The translations under genes and the position numbers were made by a program. A DNA stretch of 64,000 bases from an uncultured Candidatus Rokubacteria bacterium (lineage in GTDB: Bacteria; Methylomirabilota; Methylomirabilia; Rokubacteriales; DASRDR01). Positions 20,408 through 30,289 of the stretch are shown here, piece after piece (the stretch's first letter is position 1; every line of letters starts with the position of its first letter). The DNA lies in contig CAVPSB010000002.1 in the NCBI GenBank assembly GCA_963708025.1, positions 320,001 through 384,000 of the forward strand, read 5' to 3'. The notes beneath the pieces are model-generated. The model was not told the origin of the DNA, ran no database searches, and was given only the letters and a program-made list of their open reading frames with translations.

Positions 20408-21727
20408 ATGCCGACCCGCGTGCTGATCCTGGGCGCCGCCGGCCGGGACTTCCACGACTTCAACGTGGCGTTCCGGAACGATCCGGGCACCGAGGTCGTC
20501 GCGTTCACGGCTACCCAGATTCCGGGGATCGCCGGGCGCCGTTACCCGCCGGCGCTCGCGGGCCCCCGCTACCCGGCCGGCATCCCGATCGAGGCCGAGG
20601 CGGAGCTGGAGCGGCTGATCCGGGAGCGCGCGGTGGATCGGGTCGTCTTCGCGTACAGCGACGTGAGCCACGAGCACGTGATGCATCTCGCCAGCCGCGC
20701 CCTGGCCGCTGGCGCCGACTTCGAGCTGCTCGGGCCCCGGCGGACGATGCTCCGACCCCGGCGGCCCGTCGTCGCCGTGTGCGCCGTCCGGACCGGCTGC
20801 GGCAAGGGCGCGGTCACCCGGCGCATCGTCGGGATCCTCCGGGCGCGCGGCCGCCGCGTCGCGGTCGTCCGCCACCCCATGCCCTACGGCGATCTCGCCG
20901 CCCAGCGGGCGCAGCGCTTCGCCACCTTCGCCGATCTCGACCGGGCCCAGGTCACGCTCGAGGAGCGCGAGGAGTACGAGCCGCACCTCGAGGCGGGGAG
21001 CGTGGTCTTCGCCGGCGTCGACTACGCGGAGATCCTGGTCCAGGCGGAGGCGGAGGCCGACGTGCTGGTGTGGGACGGGGGCAACAACGACCTCCCCTTC
21101 TTCGCGCCCGTCCTCCACCTCTGCCTCGTCGACCCCCACCGGGCCGGCCACGAGTCGCGCTATCACCCGGGCGAGGCGAACCTGAGAATGGCGGACGTCG
21201 CGGTGATCGTGAAGGAGGACACCGCCGCCGTCGCCGACGTCGAGGCCGTTCGGGCGGCCATCCGCGCCCTGAATCCCCGGGCGCGGATCCTCGACACGCG
21301 GCTGCCCATCCGCGTCGAGGGCGACCCGGTGCTGCGGGGTCGGCGGGTGCTCGCGGTCGACGACGGCCCCACCCTCACCCACGGCGGCATGCCGGCCGGG
21401 GCCGCCGAGCTGGCCGCCCGTCGCTCCGGCGCCGTGCTCGTCGATCCGCGCCCGTACGCCCGCGGCTCGCTCCGCGACGTCTTCGCCGAGTACCCGGCCC
21501 TCGGTCGTGTTCTCCCGGCCATCGGCTACGGGCCCGCGCAGCTCGCCGACCTCCAGGCGACGATCGACGCGGTCCCCTGCGACCTCGTCCTCATCGGGAC
21601 CCCGGTCGACCTTCGCCGGGTTCTCGCGGTCCGGCCCCCGGTCCTGCGGGTCCGTTACGACGTCGAGGAAGCGGGGGGTGGCTCCTTCGAGGAGGTGCTG
21701 GCCGGCATCCCGTCGCTCTCGAGCTAG
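20408..21727 (+). CDS. COG2403 P-loop protein (cyclic 2,3-diphosphoglycerate synthetase / arginine synthetase-like)
   Basis: GAAGRDFH, RTGCGK, RHPMPYG, WDGGNNDLPF, DGPTLTHGGM. Confidence 0.85.
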   Translation: MPTRVLILGAAGRDFHDFNVAFRNDPGTEVVAFTATQIPGIAGRRYPPALAGPRYPAGIPIEAEAELERLIRERAVDRVVFAYSDVSHEHVMHLASRALAAGADFELLGPRRTMLRPRRPVVAVCAVRTGCGKGAVTRRIVGILRARGRRVAVVRHPMPYGDLAAQRAQRFATFADLDRAQVTLEEREEYEPHLEAGSVVFAGVDYAEILVQAEAEADVLVWDGGNNDLPFFAPVLHLCLVDPHRAGHESRYHPGEANLRMADVAVIVKEDTAAVADVEAVRAAIRALNPRARILDTRLPIRVEGDPVLRGRRVLAVDDGPTLTHGGMPAGAAELAARRSGAVLVDPRPYARGSLRDVFAEYPALGRVLPAIGYGPAQLADLQATIDAVPCDLVLIGTPVDLRRVLAVRPPVLRVRYDVEEAGGGSFEEVLAGIPSLSS

Positions 21728-21799
21728 CGGGCGGGGCCGATGAGCGTCGCCACGTTCATCCCGGTCGGGACGCGCTCGGCCTGCGGCCTCACGTCCGTC

Positions 21800-21993
21800 C
21801 CGACCTATGGTCGTCCTTCGGACGGCCTTCGGCCTGTGGGGTCGTCGCCCATCCTCGGCGTACTCGGAGTACGCCTGCGGTCGGCGACTCCCTGCGTCTC
21901 TCGGACGGCCTTCGGCCTGTGGGCGCTGCTCGCTCCTCGGCCCCGCCCGCAAGAATGTGACTGATCTGCCATGGGTTTCGTGGCCCAAGGACT
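21800..21993 (-). repeat. structured intergenic element (family C)
   Basis: Two CGGACGGCCTTCGGCCTGTGG units flanking a GCGTACTC/GAGTACGC hairpin. Confidence 0.6.
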
Positions 21994-23127
21994 CTACGGG
22001 CCGGGTGTGCTCCCGGCGGCCTCGGGGGCGGAGATCGTCAGCACGTGGACGACATCCCTGAGGCTCAGGTATCCCGCGAGGGCGCCGTCCTCGACCACCG
22101 CGGCCCGGCCCAGCCCGTTCTGCGTGAGCTTCTCCAGCGCGTCGGCCAGGGCGTCTCCGGGCGCCACGGTCAGGGGCGGGGTCAACGGCAGCATGGCCTC
22201 CCGGACCGGCGTCGCGGCCCATCGCTCCCGGGGCACGTGGCGGACCTGCTGGACGCCGAGGATCCCGAGGACGCGGCCGCCGGCGACCACCGGGAAGCTG
22301 GAGACGTGATGGCGCCAGAACGTCTCGTCGACGACGTCGGCGAGGCTGCGATCCGGGGCCACGGACACGACCGTGCGCGTCATCACGTCGCGCACCCGGA
22401 GCGGGGCGAGCGCGCGCCGCACCACGAGCTGCTGGTAGCTGCCTTCCGCGGCCTGGCGGAGAAACAGCCCGATCAGGACCAGCCAGAGTCCACCTAGGAA
22501 CTCGCCGGTCAGACCGCGGAGGATGCCGAGACCGATCAGCACCGAGGCGACGATGGTGCCGGCCCGGCTGGCCACCCGGGTGGCCCAGCTCAGGTCGCCC
22601 CGGGCGTGCCAGAGCGCGGCCCGGAGGATGCGCCCGCCGTCGAGCGGGAAGCCCGGCACCAGGTTGAAGGCGCCGACGATGGTGTTGACCGTGGCCAGGT
22701 AGCGGAGGATCGCCGCGACCGCGGGGGTGCCCGGGGTGGCGGCCGCCCCGCCGGCCGCGACGGCGGCCAGCCCGAAGCTCGTGAGCGGGCCGGCGACGGC
22801 CATCCAGAATTCCACGCCGGGACTCTCCGGCTCCCGCTGGAGCTGGGAGACGCCCCCGAAGACGTGGAGTGTGATGGCGGAGACCGGCAGGCCGTGGGCG
22901 CGCGCCACGATGGAGTGGGACAGCTCGTGCAGGAACACCGAGACGAACAGGAGCAGGGCGGCGACGAGACCCTGGACCCAGTAGGCGGCGGCCGGCACGC
23001 CGGGGAGCACGTGGGGGAAGTAGCCGACCGAGAGGCTCCAGGCGATGAGCCCGAAGATGACCAGCCAACTCGCGTGGACGCGGACGGGGATCCCGGCGAC
23101 CCGGAACAGCGTCACCCCGCGAGTCAT
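21994..23127 (-). CDS. site-2 protease (M50) with CBS domains
   Basis: HELSH, NLVPGFPLDGG, C-terminal CBS pair. Confidence 0.93.
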   Translation of the reverse strand: MTRGVTLFRVAGIPVRVHASWLVIFGLIAWSLSVGYFPHVLPGVPAAAYWVQGLVAALLLFVSVFLHELSHSIVARAHGLPVSAITLHVFGGVSQLQREPESPGVEFWMAVAGPLTSFGLAAVAAGGAAATPGTPAVAAILRYLATVNTIVGAFNLVPGFPLDGGRILRAALWHARGDLSWATRVASRAGTIVASVLIGLGILRGLTGEFLGGLWLVLIGLFLRQAAEGSYQQLVVRRALAPLRVRDVMTRTVVSVAPDRSLADVVDETFWRHHVSSFPVVAGGRVLGILGVQQVRHVPRERWAATPVREAMLPLTPPLTVAPGDALADALEKLTQNGLGRAAVVEDGALAGYLSLRDVVHVLTISAPEAAGSTPGP

Positions 23128-23182
23128 CTCGGTCGGCGCCGCCCGGTCGCCGTCCCTGGGGGTTGCCGGCGCCACGTGGCGG

Positions 23183-23635
23183 TCACCCGGCGCGAACCAG
23201 CAGCACCGGGACGCCCGCGAGGCGAGCGACGCCGTCGGCGACGCTGCCGATCAGGAGCTGCTCGGGGCCCTGCCGCCCGTGGCTCCCGATCACGATCACC
23301 TCCGCCGGCCATCGTGCGGCCTCGTCCACGATGGCGCGGCTCACCCGCTGGCTTTCGCGCTGCAGCAGCGCCGTCTCGACGGCGACCCCGGCCCCGCGCG
23401 CCTGCGCGGCCGCTTGATCCAGGATAGTCTGTCCCGCGCGCCGCCAGGTCCGGTCGACCGCCTCCACGTCCACGCCACCGGCGGGATACCAGGCCTCCGG
23501 ATACGCGTACGGGGAATCGACGACGTGGACGATGCGCACCCGGGCATCGGCGCCGCGCGCGAGCTTGCATGCCTCCTCGAGGGCCCGGGCCGCCGTCTTG
23601 CTTCCGTCCGTCGCCACCAGAATCCGCGTGTACAT
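23183..23635 (-). CDS. universal stress protein
   Basis: MYTRILVATDGS..IGSHGR..IGSVA..PVLLV. Confidence 0.93.
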   Translation of the reverse strand: MYTRILVATDGSKTAARALEEACKLARGADARVRIVHVVDSPYAYPEAWYPAGGVDVEAVDRTWRRAGQTILDQAAAQARGAGVAVETALLQRESQRVSRAIVDEAARWPAEVIVIGSHGRQGPEQLLIGSVADGVARLAGVPVLLVRAG

Positions 23636-23714
23636 GCGCTCCCTCCTGTCGCTCGGCGGGCCGGCGCCCACCCTTCCTGGAAATCCTCGGCGATCAGGGC
23701 CGCAGGGACGGGGG

Positions 23715-23730
23715 TGCAACGGCGGTACCA
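23715..23730 (-). promoter_or_regulatory. sigma-54 promoter (USP-S2P operon)
   Basis: TGGTAC-CGCCG-TTGCA. Confidence 0.72.
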
Positions 23731-23792
23731 CGACGGCGGATAGGGATTCCGGCAGCTTGCCACGACGTGCCGGCCGGTGACCGGTCCGCCGC

Positions 23793-23810
23793 TGGGGCGG
23801 CGCCGCCCCA
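23793..23810. promoter_or_regulatory. putative activator box (perfect palindrome)
   Basis: TGGGGCGGCGCCGCCCCA. Confidence 0.6.
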
Positions 23811-23913
23811 CTGTCCCGCCGGGGACCCGCCGGGCGGCAGGAGGCCACCGGATTGGCACGGGGTCACCCGCGCGTCCCCTCGTCCGGGCGCGGGCCTCGG
23901 GGATGCGCCCATG

Positions 23914-24153
23914 TCAGCGGGTCACGGGCCGGACCGACGAGACCCGGGTCCGCCACCGCCGCATCCCCCACTTCCGGACTTCCTCCAGCGACAGGACGAC
24001 GAGCGGGAAGCCGACGAGGGGCGCCCACTCGGCCGGCCGCAGGGGCGCGAGACCGAAGACGCGGGCCAGCGGCGGGACCAGGATCAGCGCCACCAGGATC
24101 GCGATCTCGGCCGCGATGCCGAAGATGACCGCCCGGTTGCGGATCGTCGTCAA
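23914..24153 (-). pseudogene. C-terminal remnant of cation-transporting P-type ATPase
   Basis: NRAVIFGIAAE..PPLARVFGLAPL..EEVRKW, typical of last TM helices. Confidence 0.65.
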
Positions 24154-24540
24154 CGGCGTCTCGCACCAGCTCGTCGCGCGTCTCCGCCACCCGGGCGCGG
24201 GAGAGGAACTCCGGCTCGGCGCAGCGCGCGCGGAGGGCGGCGACCAGCCGCACCGCCCGGCTGCTCTCGGCGATCGGCCCGGTCAACACGACGGCGACGT
24301 CCACCGGGCCCATGTCCGGGCCGAGGACCGGCACGTGCGGGAGGCGAAGCCAGCGGAGGGTGAGGCGGCCGGCGTCAGCCGCGGCCGCGTGGCCCGGCAC
24401 CACCCCCGGCGCCAGGGGCAGCCAGCCCAGTAGGACGCCGTCGAGGCCGGCCGCCCGGGCGAGATCGGCGGTGTCCGCACCTCCGGCCCCAGCCGGGCCG
24501 GCTCGTCCACCAGGTAGAGCGAGACGGCTTCGCGGGCCAT
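24150..24540 (-). pseudogene. degenerate PTS EIIA-like fragment
   Basis: PVDVAVVLTGP..LRARCAEPEFLSRARVAETRDEL resembles EIIA C-terminus; frameshifted. Confidence 0.3.
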
Positions 24541-24630
24541 CGCGCTGCGGGCCGGGATCCGCCCCGGGCGTCCTATCCGATCGGCCGGCCCATCAGTCGG
24601 CGCTCGACCGGCTCGACGCACACGCGGAGG

Positions 24631-25863
24631 TCACTCGTACCGGAGGGCATCGATGGGGTTCAGGCGGGAGGCCCGTCGCGCCGGGTAGAAGCCGAAGAAG
24701 ACTCCGACCGCGCCGGAGAACAGGAACGCCGGGAGGACCGCCCTGGCCTGGACCGGGGCGGGCCATTCGACGAAGTACGCGATGGACCAGGAGGCCAGGA
24801 TCCCGAGGGCGATGCCCAGCACCCCGCCGGCGAGGGAGACCGTCACCGCCTCGATGAGGAACTGGACCAGGATGTCCCGTCGCCGGGCCCCGACGGCGCG
24901 GCGGAGGCCGATCTCCCGCGTGCGCTCCGTCACCGAGACCAGCATGATGTTCATGATCCCGATGCCGCCGACGGCGAGAGACACGGAGGCAATCGCGGCC
25001 AGGAGCAGGCTGAGGACCCGCGAGGCGGCTGCCTGGCTCTCGACGAGCTCCGAGAGGTTCCGGAGCGTGAAGTCGTCGTCCTGGCCCGGCTGGAGGTGAT
25101 GGCGCTGGCGGAGCAGGGCCCGGATCTCGACCTCCGAGCCCTTCATCGCGCTGGCTTCGCGGGCTCTGACGAGGATGGCGCCGACCGCCCGCGCGTTGGC
25201 CTGACTCGTCCCCAAGAGCTTCTTCTTCGCCGTCGAGAGGGGCACCAGGATCGCGTCGTCCTGGTCCTGTCCCTGTGTCGACTGGCCCTTCCGGGAGAGG
25301 AGACCGACCACCGTCAGGGGCACCTTGTTGATGCGGATCGTCTGCCCGATGGGGTCGGCGTCGCCGAAGAGGTTCTGGGCCACGGTCTGCCCGAGGAGGG
25401 CCACCTTGGTGGCGCCGTCAACGTCGTCCTGCACCACGGCGCGGCCCGCCGCCGTGGGCCAGTCCCGCGCCTCCAGAAATTCGGGAGTCACCCCGAAGAC
25501 GACCGTCAACCAGTTCGCGTTACTCGTGACCACCTGGACGCCTCCGCGGACGACCGGCGCCGCGATCTGGACGGCGTCGATCTCGCGCTCCATCGCCTTC
25601 GCGTCGTCCTCGGTGATGGTGAGCTGGCTGCCGGTCCCGAGGCGCACGCCGCTCGCGGTGATCGACCCCGACATCACGATGATGAGGTTCGAGCCCAGGC
25701 TCCGGATCTGCTCCTCCACCTGGCTCCGGGCGCCGGTGCCGACGGCGACCATCGTGACGACGGCGCCCACCCCGATCACGACGCCCAGCATGGTGAGCCC
25801 GGTGCGCACCTTGTTGGCGGCGAGGGCCGTGAGGGCGAGCTGCGCGGTCGCGCGGGCTTTCAT
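24631..25863 (-). CDS. MacB/FtsX-like ABC permease
   Basis: [45 protein letters not shown]. Confidence 0.93.
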   Translation of the reverse strand: MKARATAQLALTALAANKVRTGLTMLGVVIGVGAVVTMVAVGTGARSQVEEQIRSLGSNLIIVMSGSITASGVRLGTGSQLTITEDDAKAMEREIDAVQIAAPVVRGGVQVVTSNANWLTVVFGVTPEFLEARDWPTAAGRAVVQDDVDGATKVALLGQTVAQNLFGDADPIGQTIRINKVPLTVVGLLSRKGQSTQGQDQDDAILVPLSTAKKKLLGTSQANARAVGAILVRAREASAMKGSEVEIRALLRQRHHLQPGQDDDFTLRNLSELVESQAAASRVLSLLLAAIASVSLAVGGIGIMNIMLVSVTERTREIGLRRAVGARRRDILVQFLIEAVTVSLAGGVLGIALGILASWSIAYFVEWPAPVQARAVLPAFLFSGAVGVFFGFYPARRASRLNPIDALRYE

Positions 25864-26606
25864 GGGCGCACCAGGAGTGGGGCGCGACCCGCCAGCGCGG
25901 TGCGCGCGTCGAGCGGGTCGACGACCGGGTCGTCCCCGACCAGCTCGCCGTCCCGGAAGTACAGGATGCGACGCGCGTGTCGGGCGATGTCGGCCTCGTG
26001 CGTGACCACCACGATCGTGATGCCCTCGCGGTTCAAGGCCTGGAGGATCCCCATGATCTCCAGGCTGGCTCGCGTATCGAGGTTCCCCGTCGGCTCGTCT
26101 GCGAGGAGGAGGACGGGGTCGTTGACGAGGGCGCGGGCGATCGCCACCCGCTGCTGCTGCCCACCGGAGAGCTGGGCGGGCCGGTGGTGTTCCCGGCCCC
26201 CCAGCCCCACCGCCTCGATCTTGGCCGCAGCCTTCCGTCGATGCTCGGCCGCCGCGAGGCCGCTGTAGAAGAGCGGGAGCTCGACGTTGGCGAGGGCGCT
26301 CATGCGCGGCAGCAGGTTGAAGAGCTGGAACACGAAGCCGATCTTCGCGTTTCGAATCCGGGCCAGCTCGTCGTCGCTGAGCTGGGAGACGTCCTGCCCT
26401 TCCAGCAGGTACTGCCCGGCGGTCGGGGTGTCCAGGCAGCCCAGGATGTTCATGAAGGTCGTCTTGCCCGAGCCCGAGGGCCCCATGATGGCCACCAGCT
26501 CCCCCGCCTCGATGGTCACGGACACGCCCCGCAGGACGTGGACCAACTGAGCTCCGAGCGGGTAGTCCTTCTCCACCCGCCGGGTCTCGATGAGCGGGGC
26601 GCTCAT
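25860..26606 (-). CDS. ABC ATP-binding protein (LolD/MacB-like)
   Basis: [25 protein letters not shown]. Confidence 0.94.
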   Translation of the reverse strand: MSAPLIETRRVEKDYPLGAQLVHVLRGVSVTIEAGELVAIMGPSGSGKTTFMNILGCLDTPTAGQYLLEGQDVSQLSDDELARIRNAKIGFVFQLFNLLPRMSALANVELPLFYSGLAAAEHRRKAAAKIEAVGLGGREHHRPAQLSGGQQQRVAIARALVNDPVLLLADEPTGNLDTRASLEIMGILQALNREGITIVVVTHEADIARHARRILYFRDGELVGDDPVVDPLDARTALAGRAPLLVRP

Positions 26607-26683
26607 GTGATGCCCTGACCTGGTCCGGGGCGGCCCCCTCCGCCACTCCCCGTCTCTCGCTTCCGACGTGAGGTCACGAAACT

Positions 26684-26699
26684 TGCATGATGCTCGCCA
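26684..26699 (-). promoter_or_regulatory. sigma-54 promoter (ABC operon)
   Basis: TGGCGA-GCATC-ATGCA. Confidence 0.5.
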
Positions 26700-26761
26700 G
26701 CGGCGCGGTGCCCGGGTGCGAAGGCAGTTCGAGCGGCGCCGCGAGATCCGCGGCCCGCGTC

Positions 26762-26799
26762 TGGGGCGCCCTCGCCGCACGTGGGGCGGGGCTGCCCCA
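26762..26799. promoter_or_regulatory. tandem putative activator boxes between divergent promoters
   Basis: TGGGGCGCCCTCGCCGCA and TGGGGCGGGGCTGCCCCA. Confidence 0.62.
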
Positions 26800-26851
26800 C
26801 AATCCGCCGGCCCCTGTCACCCTCCGCCCCGGTTTCCCGTGGGTTGGAGCG

Positions 26852-26867
26852 TGGCAGCCACATTGCT
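26852..26867 (+). promoter_or_regulatory. sigma-54 promoter
   Basis: TGGCAG-CCACA-TTGCT. Confidence 0.68.
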
Positions 26868-26956
26868 GCCAGGGGGAGAGTCCATGGAGCCGCGGGTCGC
26901 GCCCGCGGACGAGTCCCGCCGCGGCTCATTCCCGACGTGCCTGGAGGAGAAGTCAC

Positions 26957-27808
26957 ATGGGAGCGAAAGGTGTTCTGGCCGGGCTCGCCACCAGCGTGTT
27001 GCTCGCTCTGTCGGCCGCCGCCCAGCAGCCGGCCTCGCCCCCGGCGGTCTACCAGCAGTCGCCTCGGGCCTCGGATGACCTCGGTCTCCTCGGCGTGCCG
27101 GTCATCGGGCCGATCCTCGACCGCCGCGAAGATCTGGAGCTGTCCGCTTCCCAGGTCGAAGCTCTGGAGCGCCTCGGCATCGACTTCATCCGCGAGACGA
27201 TCCGCCGCCAGGCCGATCTGATGGTGGCGGGCGTGGACCTCGACAGCCTGCTCGGGCCGGATCCGAGCCGGGCGGTCGACCTCGGCAGCGTCGAAGCGAA
27301 GCTCCGGGAGCTGGAGCGGATCCGAACCGATCTGCAAGTCGCCCTCCTGCGCGTCATCGAGGCCGGCAAGGCCCTGCTGACGCCCGACCAGCGCTCCAAG
27401 CTGGCGACGCTGATGGCGGGCGGGCCTCAGAGCCCGGACGACCCTCCGGCCCCGGCTGCGAGCCCGGCGCGTGCAGGCGCTCCCCCTTCCCCGAGGGGGC
27501 CGGGACACCCGGCCCCCGGGCGCGCGGCTCCGGGGGGGCCGGGACACCCGGCGCCGCCCCCACCACGCGGGTTCGAGCCTCACCGCCCCGCCATTCACGG
27601 CCGGAGCTTCGTCGGCGGCTGGGGCGGCTGGGCCCCATTCTGGTGGGAGCCGTACTGGGGCTACCCGGCGCCCCCGGTGATCGTGCCGCAGCCACCGGTG
27701 TACACCCAGCCCGCCTACTGGTACTACTGCCCGAGCGCCCAGGCGTACTATCCCTACGTGTCGAGTTGCCCGGAGCCGTGGGTCCTCGTGACGGTCTCGC
27801 CCCAGTGA
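26957..27808 (+). CDS. exported Spy/CpxP-like protein with Pro-rich C-terminus
   Basis: Signal peptide, LELSASQ..LLTPDQ (LTxxQ), C-term YWYYCP..YYPYV..CP. Confidence 0.72.
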   Translation: MGAKGVLAGLATSVLLALSAAAQQPASPPAVYQQSPRASDDLGLLGVPVIGPILDRREDLELSASQVEALERLGIDFIRETIRRQADLMVAGVDLDSLLGPDPSRAVDLGSVEAKLRELERIRTDLQVALLRVIEAGKALLTPDQRSKLATLMAGGPQSPDDPPAPAASPARAGAPPSPRGPGHPAPGRAAPGGPGHPAPPPPRGFEPHRPAIHGRSFVGGWGGWAPFWWEPYWGYPAPPVIVPQPPVYTQPAYWYYCPSAQAYYPYVSSCPEPWVLVTVSPQ

Positions 27809-27845
27809 CGGACCCGGGTCGTCCCACGGCGATCGCCTCGCGGGC

Positions 27846-28001
27846 CACCCGTTGATCGACCAGGTCGATGCCCTGCGGGCGCTCATGCTGTCCGGCGGCG
27901 CGGCCGTCTTCGGCGTGGGCGTCGACTTGGCGGTCCTCGGGGCGGCCTTCGCCGGGGTCGTGGCGGTGGCGGCCCGGCTGTACCCGCGCATGGTGACGTG
28001 A
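27846..28001 (+). pseudogene. C-terminal remnant of ABC-2 permease
   Basis: HPLIDQVDALRALML..AARLYPRMVT*; no upstream gene body. Confidence 0.55.
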
Positions 28002-28172
28002 GGGACGCGGCGCCGGCTCGCTGACCGGAGGACATCACGGCGCCGGCGCCAGGAGGGGACAGAGCCCGATGGCGTCGCAATCGGTTCGAGACAGCCCCGT
28101 GACGACGCGTGCTGTCAGGCCGACCCGAAGGGGGGATCGCGAGCGGCCGATCGGGCGCATCCGGCGTGCGGG

Positions 28173-29567
28173 ATGACAGCCGCATCCCCGCTGCGACCGG
28201 TGGCGTTCTTCAAGACGCTCTGGTTCGACGCGTTCCTGCGTCGCCTGGCTCGCAACTCCAGCTGGGGCATCGCGTCGACGGCGGTCGAGCTGGTCCTGAC
28301 CGTCGCCGAGACGATGCTGGCCGCCCGGTTCCTGGGCCCCGCCGACTACGGCCGGGTGGCCCTGGTGATCGCGGCCATCGTCTCGATCAAGCAGCTGGTG
28401 GACGTCCGCGCCTGGGAAGGCGTCACCCGATACCTCGCCGAGTTCGTCGAGAACCGGCAGCCGGCGCTCGCGCTCGCGACGCTCGAGGTGGCGCTACTCG
28501 CCGATGCCGTCGTGGGACTGGTGGCGTTCGGGATCGCCGTGGCGGGCGCCGGCCTCGTCAGCGGCTGGGTGCTCCGCCAGCCCGACCTCCAGGGCCCGGT
28601 TGCCTGGTACGCGCTGACCCTCCTCGCCACGATGTTCAGCGGCACCGCCGAGGCGGTCCTGCGGGTCTTCGATCGGTTTCGCGACCTGGCGATCCGTGCG
28701 GTAGCGCAGGCGGCGTGGCACCTCGGGCTGATGGCGGCGGTCCTGCTGCTCGGCATGCGCGTCCACGGCCTCGTCCTCGCGTACCTGGTGTCGGACTTGG
28801 CGGGGGCGGCGCTCCTCGCATTCCTGGCGGCCCGGCAGGTGCGCCAGCGGCTCTGGGGGGCCCGACCCCAGGCGCGCCTGACCGCCCTGCGCCCCTATCT
28901 CAAGGACATGCTCTGGTTCACGGCCCAGACGGCCCTCCGCACGAAGCTCAAGGTCAACCGGCAGCTCGACATCCTGGTGCTCGGCTATTTTCGCCCGCCC
29001 ACCGAGGTAGGCTACTATCGGGTGGCACGGCGCCTGGGCGCATCGTTGCAACAGTTGACGGACCCCTTCTACTTCGCCATCCTCCCCGACTTCGCGCGGG
29101 CGTGGGCGAGCTCGCGCCGGCGCTTCGTGGGGCTGGTGGGCCGGACGGCGGTGGTGGCCATGGTGGGCGCGCTGCCTGGCGTGATGCTGGGACTCCTGTT
29201 CGCGCCGCAGGTGATCCGGGCGTGGGTCGGGGTGCAGTATGCGCCGGCGGTCGTCCCGTTCCGGATCGTCATGCTGGGGATGGGGCTCGCCGTTGCCACG
29301 TTCTGGGCGACCCCCGCCGCGCTGGGCAGCGGGCGGCCAGGCATCGCGACCACCGCGTTGGCCTGCGGGGTTCTCGTCAACGTAGCGCTGCTCGTCCTGG
29401 TTCCGGGTCAGGGGGCGACCGGCGCCGCCATCGCCCTCCTGGGGGGATATGTCGCCTTCAGCGTCACCGTCAGCGTGCTGCTGGCCCGCACCGTCTTGAG
29501 AGACACTCCCGGCGGTGGCGCGCCGTCCCCACGCCCTGCGGCGCCGCGATCGTACGGAGACGCTTGA
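28173..29567 (+). CDS. Wzx-like oligosaccharide flippase
   Basis: ARFLGPADYG, LDILVLGYF..VGYYRVA; many TM helices. Confidence 0.85.
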   Translation: MTAASPLRPVAFFKTLWFDAFLRRLARNSSWGIASTAVELVLTVAETMLAARFLGPADYGRVALVIAAIVSIKQLVDVRAWEGVTRYLAEFVENRQPALALATLEVALLADAVVGLVAFGIAVAGAGLVSGWVLRQPDLQGPVAWYALTLLATMFSGTAEAVLRVFDRFRDLAIRAVAQAAWHLGLMAAVLLLGMRVHGLVLAYLVSDLAGAALLAFLAARQVRQRLWGARPQARLTALRPYLKDMLWFTAQTALRTKLKVNRQLDILVLGYFRPPTEVGYYRVARRLGASLQQLTDPFYFAILPDFARAWASSRRRFVGLVGRTAVVAMVGALPGVMLGLLFAPQVIRAWVGVQYAPAVVPFRIVMLGMGLAVATFWATPAALGSGRPGIATTALACGVLVNVALLVLVPGQGATGAAIALLGGYVAFSVTVSVLLARTVLRDTPGGGAPSPRPAAPRSYGDA

Positions 29568-29593
29568 TCGGTCCCGGAGATCGAGGAAACCGC

Positions 29594-30289
29594 GTGGACA
29601 GCGTCATCGAGGTCAGCCACCTCTCGATCCGCTTCGGCCAGAGCCGGGTCCTGGAGGACCTCAGCTTCCGGGTCCCTCGCGGGACCTCGCTGGCGATCAT
29701 CGGACCGAACGGTGCCGGCAAGACGGTCCTGTTCAAGGCCCTCATCGGATCGATCCCGTTCGAGGGCACCGTCCGCTGGGCGCCCGGGGTCCGGATCGGC
29801 TACGTCCCGCAGAAGCTCGACCTCGAGCGCGACGTCCCGGTCACGGGCGTCGACTTTCTCCGGGCGCGGGCGGCGCTGGCTCGGGGCTCGGCGGCGGACA
29901 TCGCGCGCTGCCTGGCCCTCGTCGGGGTCTCGCCGGACGTCGCCGAGCAGCCGATCGGAACGCTGTCGGGCGGCCAGTTCCAGCGCCTGCTCGTCGCCTT
30001 CGCCCTCGTCGGCGATCCGAACGTCCTCCTGCTCGACGAGCCGACGGCCGGAGTCGACGAGCCCGGGCAGGAGCGATTGAACGAGCTCGCGCGTCGCCTC
30101 CAGCAAGACCAGGGTCTCACGGTCCTCTTCATCTCGCACGAGCTCACCGTCGTCTACCGGTACGCGACCAACGTGCTCTGTCTGAGCCGGGGCCAGGGGT
30201 GCATGGGGCCGCCGCGAACGGTCCTGACGCCCGACCTCCTCCACGAGATGTACGGGACGCCGATGAACCACCACGTCCATGAGCAGTGA
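29594..30289 (+). CDS. Zn/Mn ABC transporter ATP-binding protein
   Basis: GPNGAGKT, IGYVPQK, LSGGQFQR, His-rich end. Confidence 0.92.
   Translation: MDSVIEVSHLSIRFGQSRVLEDLSFRVPRGTSLAIIGPNGAGKTVLFKALIGSIPFEGTVRWAPGVRIGYVPQKLDLERDVPVTGVDFLRARAALARGSAADIARCLALVGVSPDVAEQPIGTLSGGQFQRLLVAFALVGDPNVLLLDEPTAGVDEPGQERLNELARRLQQDQGLTVLFISHELTVVYRYATNVLCLSRGQGCMGPPRTVLTPDLLHEMYGTPMNHHVHEQ

Noticed and set aside
19520-23068. 1182-aa minus-strand ORF and many other long Arg/Pro/Gly-rich ORFs
   Set aside because: Shadow frames of real genes in high-GC DNA; no family motifs
26670-26687. Plus-strand sigma-54-like GTCAC-GAAAC-TTGCA
   Set aside because: Lacks the invariant GG at the correct spacing
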